Positions 62,351 to 64,000 of a DNA stretch of 64,000 nt are shown here, one piece after another (the stretch's first letter is position 1; each line of letters begins with the position of its first letter). Where the stretch lies: positions 60,859 through 124,858 of the forward strand of contig CAYSDJ010000002.1 in NCBI GenBank assembly GCA_964429775.1, in the 5' to 3' direction. Under the pieces are notes generated by a model that worked only from the letters and a program-made list of their open reading frames with translations, had not been told where the DNA came from and ran no database searches. Source of the DNA: an uncultured Rhizobiaceae bacterium (GTDB taxonomy: Bacteria; Pseudomonadota; Alphaproteobacteria; UBA828). Position numbers and translations under genes: made by a program.

Positions 62351-63142
62351 ATGGCCACGACCGGGATAGACAATTCAGCTCCGGGCTTTGCCAAACATCC
62401 GGGCTATCGCCTGGAGGTTCTACCTTGCGACAAGCGGGTACGGGTGACCTTCGGCGGTGAGACGATCATTGACAGCATGGCCGCCAAACTGCTTCTCGAG
62501 AACTCCCTTACCCCGGTCTATTATTTTCCCAAGCAGGATTTCCGCTCTGAGTTTGCCGAGAAGACGGCGCACGACACCTACTGCCCGTTCAAGGGAAATG
62601 CTTCCTACTGGACGCTGAAAGCCGGCGGCAAAACCGGAGAAAATTTGGTGTGGGGTTACGAATCCCCCTATGACGAGGCCAGCGCGCTGGCCGATCACGT
62701 GGCGCTTTACTGGCAGCCGATGGATGGCTGGTTCGAGGAAGACGAGGAAATATTTTGCCATGCGCGCGATCCGCATGTGCGCCTCGATATTTTAAAGAGC
62801 TCCCGTCCGGTGCGGGTCGAGGCCGGCGGAAACGTCATCGCCGAAAGCACGCGGGCGCGTTTTTTGTTCGAGACCGGTCTCGCGCCACGCCACTACATCC
62901 CGCGCGATGATGTACGCATGGACCTGCTGACAAAATCAGAGACGCGGACGCAGTGCCCCTACAAGGGCGAAGCGCAATATTTCTCTCTCACCGGCATCAA
63001 GCCAAACATCGCCGATATCGCCTGGAGCTATCCCGCGCCGCTGCCGGAAGCTTCGCCGATTGCCGGCCATATCTGCTTTTTTAAGCGTCATGTCGACGCC
63101 ATCTATGTCGATGGCGTGCGCCAGGAGAATCCGTCGGATTAG
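62351..63142 (+). CDS. Tandem DUF427 domain protein
   Basis: Internal duplication. First copy: RVRVTFGGETIIDS..PVYYFPKQDF..TYCPFKGNASYWTL. Second copy: PVRVEAGGNVIAES..PRHYIPRDDV..TQCPYKGEAQYFSL. Confidence 0.7.
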   Translation: MATTGIDNSAPGFAKHPGYRLEVLPCDKRVRVTFGGETIIDSMAAKLLLENSLTPVYYFPKQDFRSEFAEKTAHDTYCPFKGNASYWTLKAGGKTGENLVWGYESPYDEASALADHVALYWQPMDGWFEEDEEIFCHARDPHVRLDILKSSRPVRVEAGGNVIAESTRARFLFETGLAPRHYIPRDDVRMDLLTKSETRTQCPYKGEAQYFSLTGIKPNIADIAWSYPAPLPEASPIAGHICFFKRHVDAIYVDGVRQENPSD

Positions 63143-64000
63143 TTTATTGGCACGAATCGGCTCGGTGCGATCCACCAGCCGCTATGCCGCGCGCGCAGCG
63201 AATCAGCGCCCTCCGCCGCCACGGCATCATTATCGAAAAGCGCGAAACAGGTGGCGCCACTGCCCGACATACGCGCCAACCGGCAGCCGGGCAAGGCGTT
63301 GAGCGCGGCCAATGTTTCACCGATCATCGGCGCCAGCGCCATTGCCGGAGCTTCAAGGTCATTGCCGCGCGCGGCCAGAATTTCGGCCAGGTCCTGGCCA
63401 TCGCGTGCGGTCTGTTCGAAGCGCGCCGGCGCGGAAAATCCGCCCTGACGGGCGCGAAACACATCCGGCGTCGCGAGCGAGACGCCGGGATTGACCAGCA
63501 GCAGGGCGCAATCGGGCAGCGCCGGCGCCGCATCAATGATCTCGCCAACACCGCCGACAAAGCATGTCTCACCATGCAAACACATCGGCACATCGGCACC
63601 GAGCGAAAGCGCCAGCGCCGCCAGCGCCGCCGGATCGGGCGCCAAGCCCCAAAGGGCGATCAAGGCGCGGAGCGCCGCCGCCGCGTCGGACGAGCCGCCG
63701 CCAATGCCGGCGGCGACGGGAAGCTGTTTGTCGAGGACAATGTGGGCGCCCGGCGCGATAGCGGCCATCTCGGCCAGCCGCCGTGCCGCCGTCTCCACCA
63801 GATTCGGCTCGGACGCATTGTGCAAAGCCGGTGCGAACGGGCCGCCGATGTCGAGCGATAGTTCCGGCGCCTCGGTCACCGAAATCCGATCGAAAGGTGC
63901 GGCGAAGGCGATCAGGCTATCGAGGGTGTGAAAGCCATCGCCGCGCCGGCCGGTGATGTGGAGATAAAGATTGATCTTGGCCGGCGCATCAATGGCGACG
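63139..64000 (-). CDS. ispE: 4-diphosphocytidyl-2-C-methyl-D-erythritol kinase. The 5' end lies beyond the window.
   Basis: The frame is open to the window edge. Translation reads ..APAKINLYLHITGRRGDGFHTLDSLIAF.. followed by the GHMP motif KQLPVAAGIGGGSSDAAAAL. Confidence 0.85.
   Translation of the reverse strand, partial: VAIDAPAKINLYLHITGRRGDGFHTLDSLIAFAAPFDRISVTEAPELSLDIGGPFAPALHNASEPNLVETAARRLAEMAAIAPGAHIVLDKQLPVAAGIGGGSSDAAAALRALIALWGLAPDPAALAALALSLGADVPMCLHGETCFVGGVGEIIDAAPALPDCALLLVNPGVSLATPDVFRARQGGFSAPARFEQTARDGQDLAEILAARGNDLEAPAMALAPMIGETLAALNALPGCRLARMSGSGATCFALFDNDAVAAEGADSLRARHSGWWIAPSRFVPIN

Noticed and set aside
1-64000. Search for CRISPR arrays, tRNA/rRNA genes, IS elements, integrases, toxin-antitoxin or phage-defence genes
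   Set aside because: I saw no direct-repeat/spacer arrays and no cloverleaf-like or rRNA-like segments. I saw no transposase or integrase motifs (DDE, Tyr-recombinase RHRY context) and no nuclease, ATPase or defence-type domain combinations. Every sizeable ORF is explained by glycan biosynthesis or export, or by the two housekeeping genes at the right end.

Overview
The window is almost entirely one very large surface-polysaccharide (capsule/O-antigen/EPS-type) biosynthesis and export locus, from nt 1 to about 62300. Housekeeping genes (a tandem DUF427 protein and ispE) appear only at the right edge. About 58 genes are present and nearly all lie on the minus strand. They are tightly packed, with many 4-14 nt start/stop overlaps.

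Modules I can support from motifs:
1. A class B radical SAM enzyme, an SDR and a DUF218 protein (230-3849).
2. A visibly AT-rich island with a Wzy-like membrane protein, an orphan ORF, two tandem paralogous GT4-like glycosyltransferases and a decayed third copy (about 3850-10827).
3. A GDP-heptose/hexose modification module: HddA-like GHMP kinase, RGP/GT75-like protein, four SDRs and a guanylyltransferase (10828-17529).
4. A ColD/E1-type 3-dehydratase (active-site Lys replaced by His) next to a stand-alone ThDP E1 alpha/beta pair (17555-20900).
5. wecB/wecC (UDP-ManNAcA), two tandem sulfotransferases, a GT4 and an AsnB-like amidotransferase (21123-29894).
6. Two large putative transferases and a neuA-CBS-neuC-neuB nonulosonic acid cassette (29922-36264).
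7. An unusual cassette: WbuC cupin, RmlD-like reductase, methyltransferase, orphan small protein, 2OG-Fe(II) oxygenase, split transketolase, APH/choline-kinase-like kinase, HAD phosphatase, two SDRs, a reversed-domain HldE-like nucleotidyltransferase-kinase and a Zn-ribbon sugar C-methyltransferase (36261-47934).
8. An AT-rich MsbA/PglK-like ABC exporter, then a deacetylase plus formyltransferase pair (47952-51747).
9. A Wzz-like PCP and a Gfc/YjbEFH-like export set with a 927-aa OPX (51896-59676).
10. A UDP-uronate epimerase and a TviB/WbpO-like dehydrogenase (59835-62311).

I found no rRNA, tRNA, CRISPR array, transposase or phage genes.

The most interesting candidates for undescribed chemistry are the transketolase/kinase/phosphatase/oxygenase/nucleotidyltransferase cassette, the ColD-like plus E1 alpha/beta pairing, and the bacterial RGP-like protein.

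All family calls come from motifs read in the supplied translations. No database search was run, and the GC statements are by-eye estimates.
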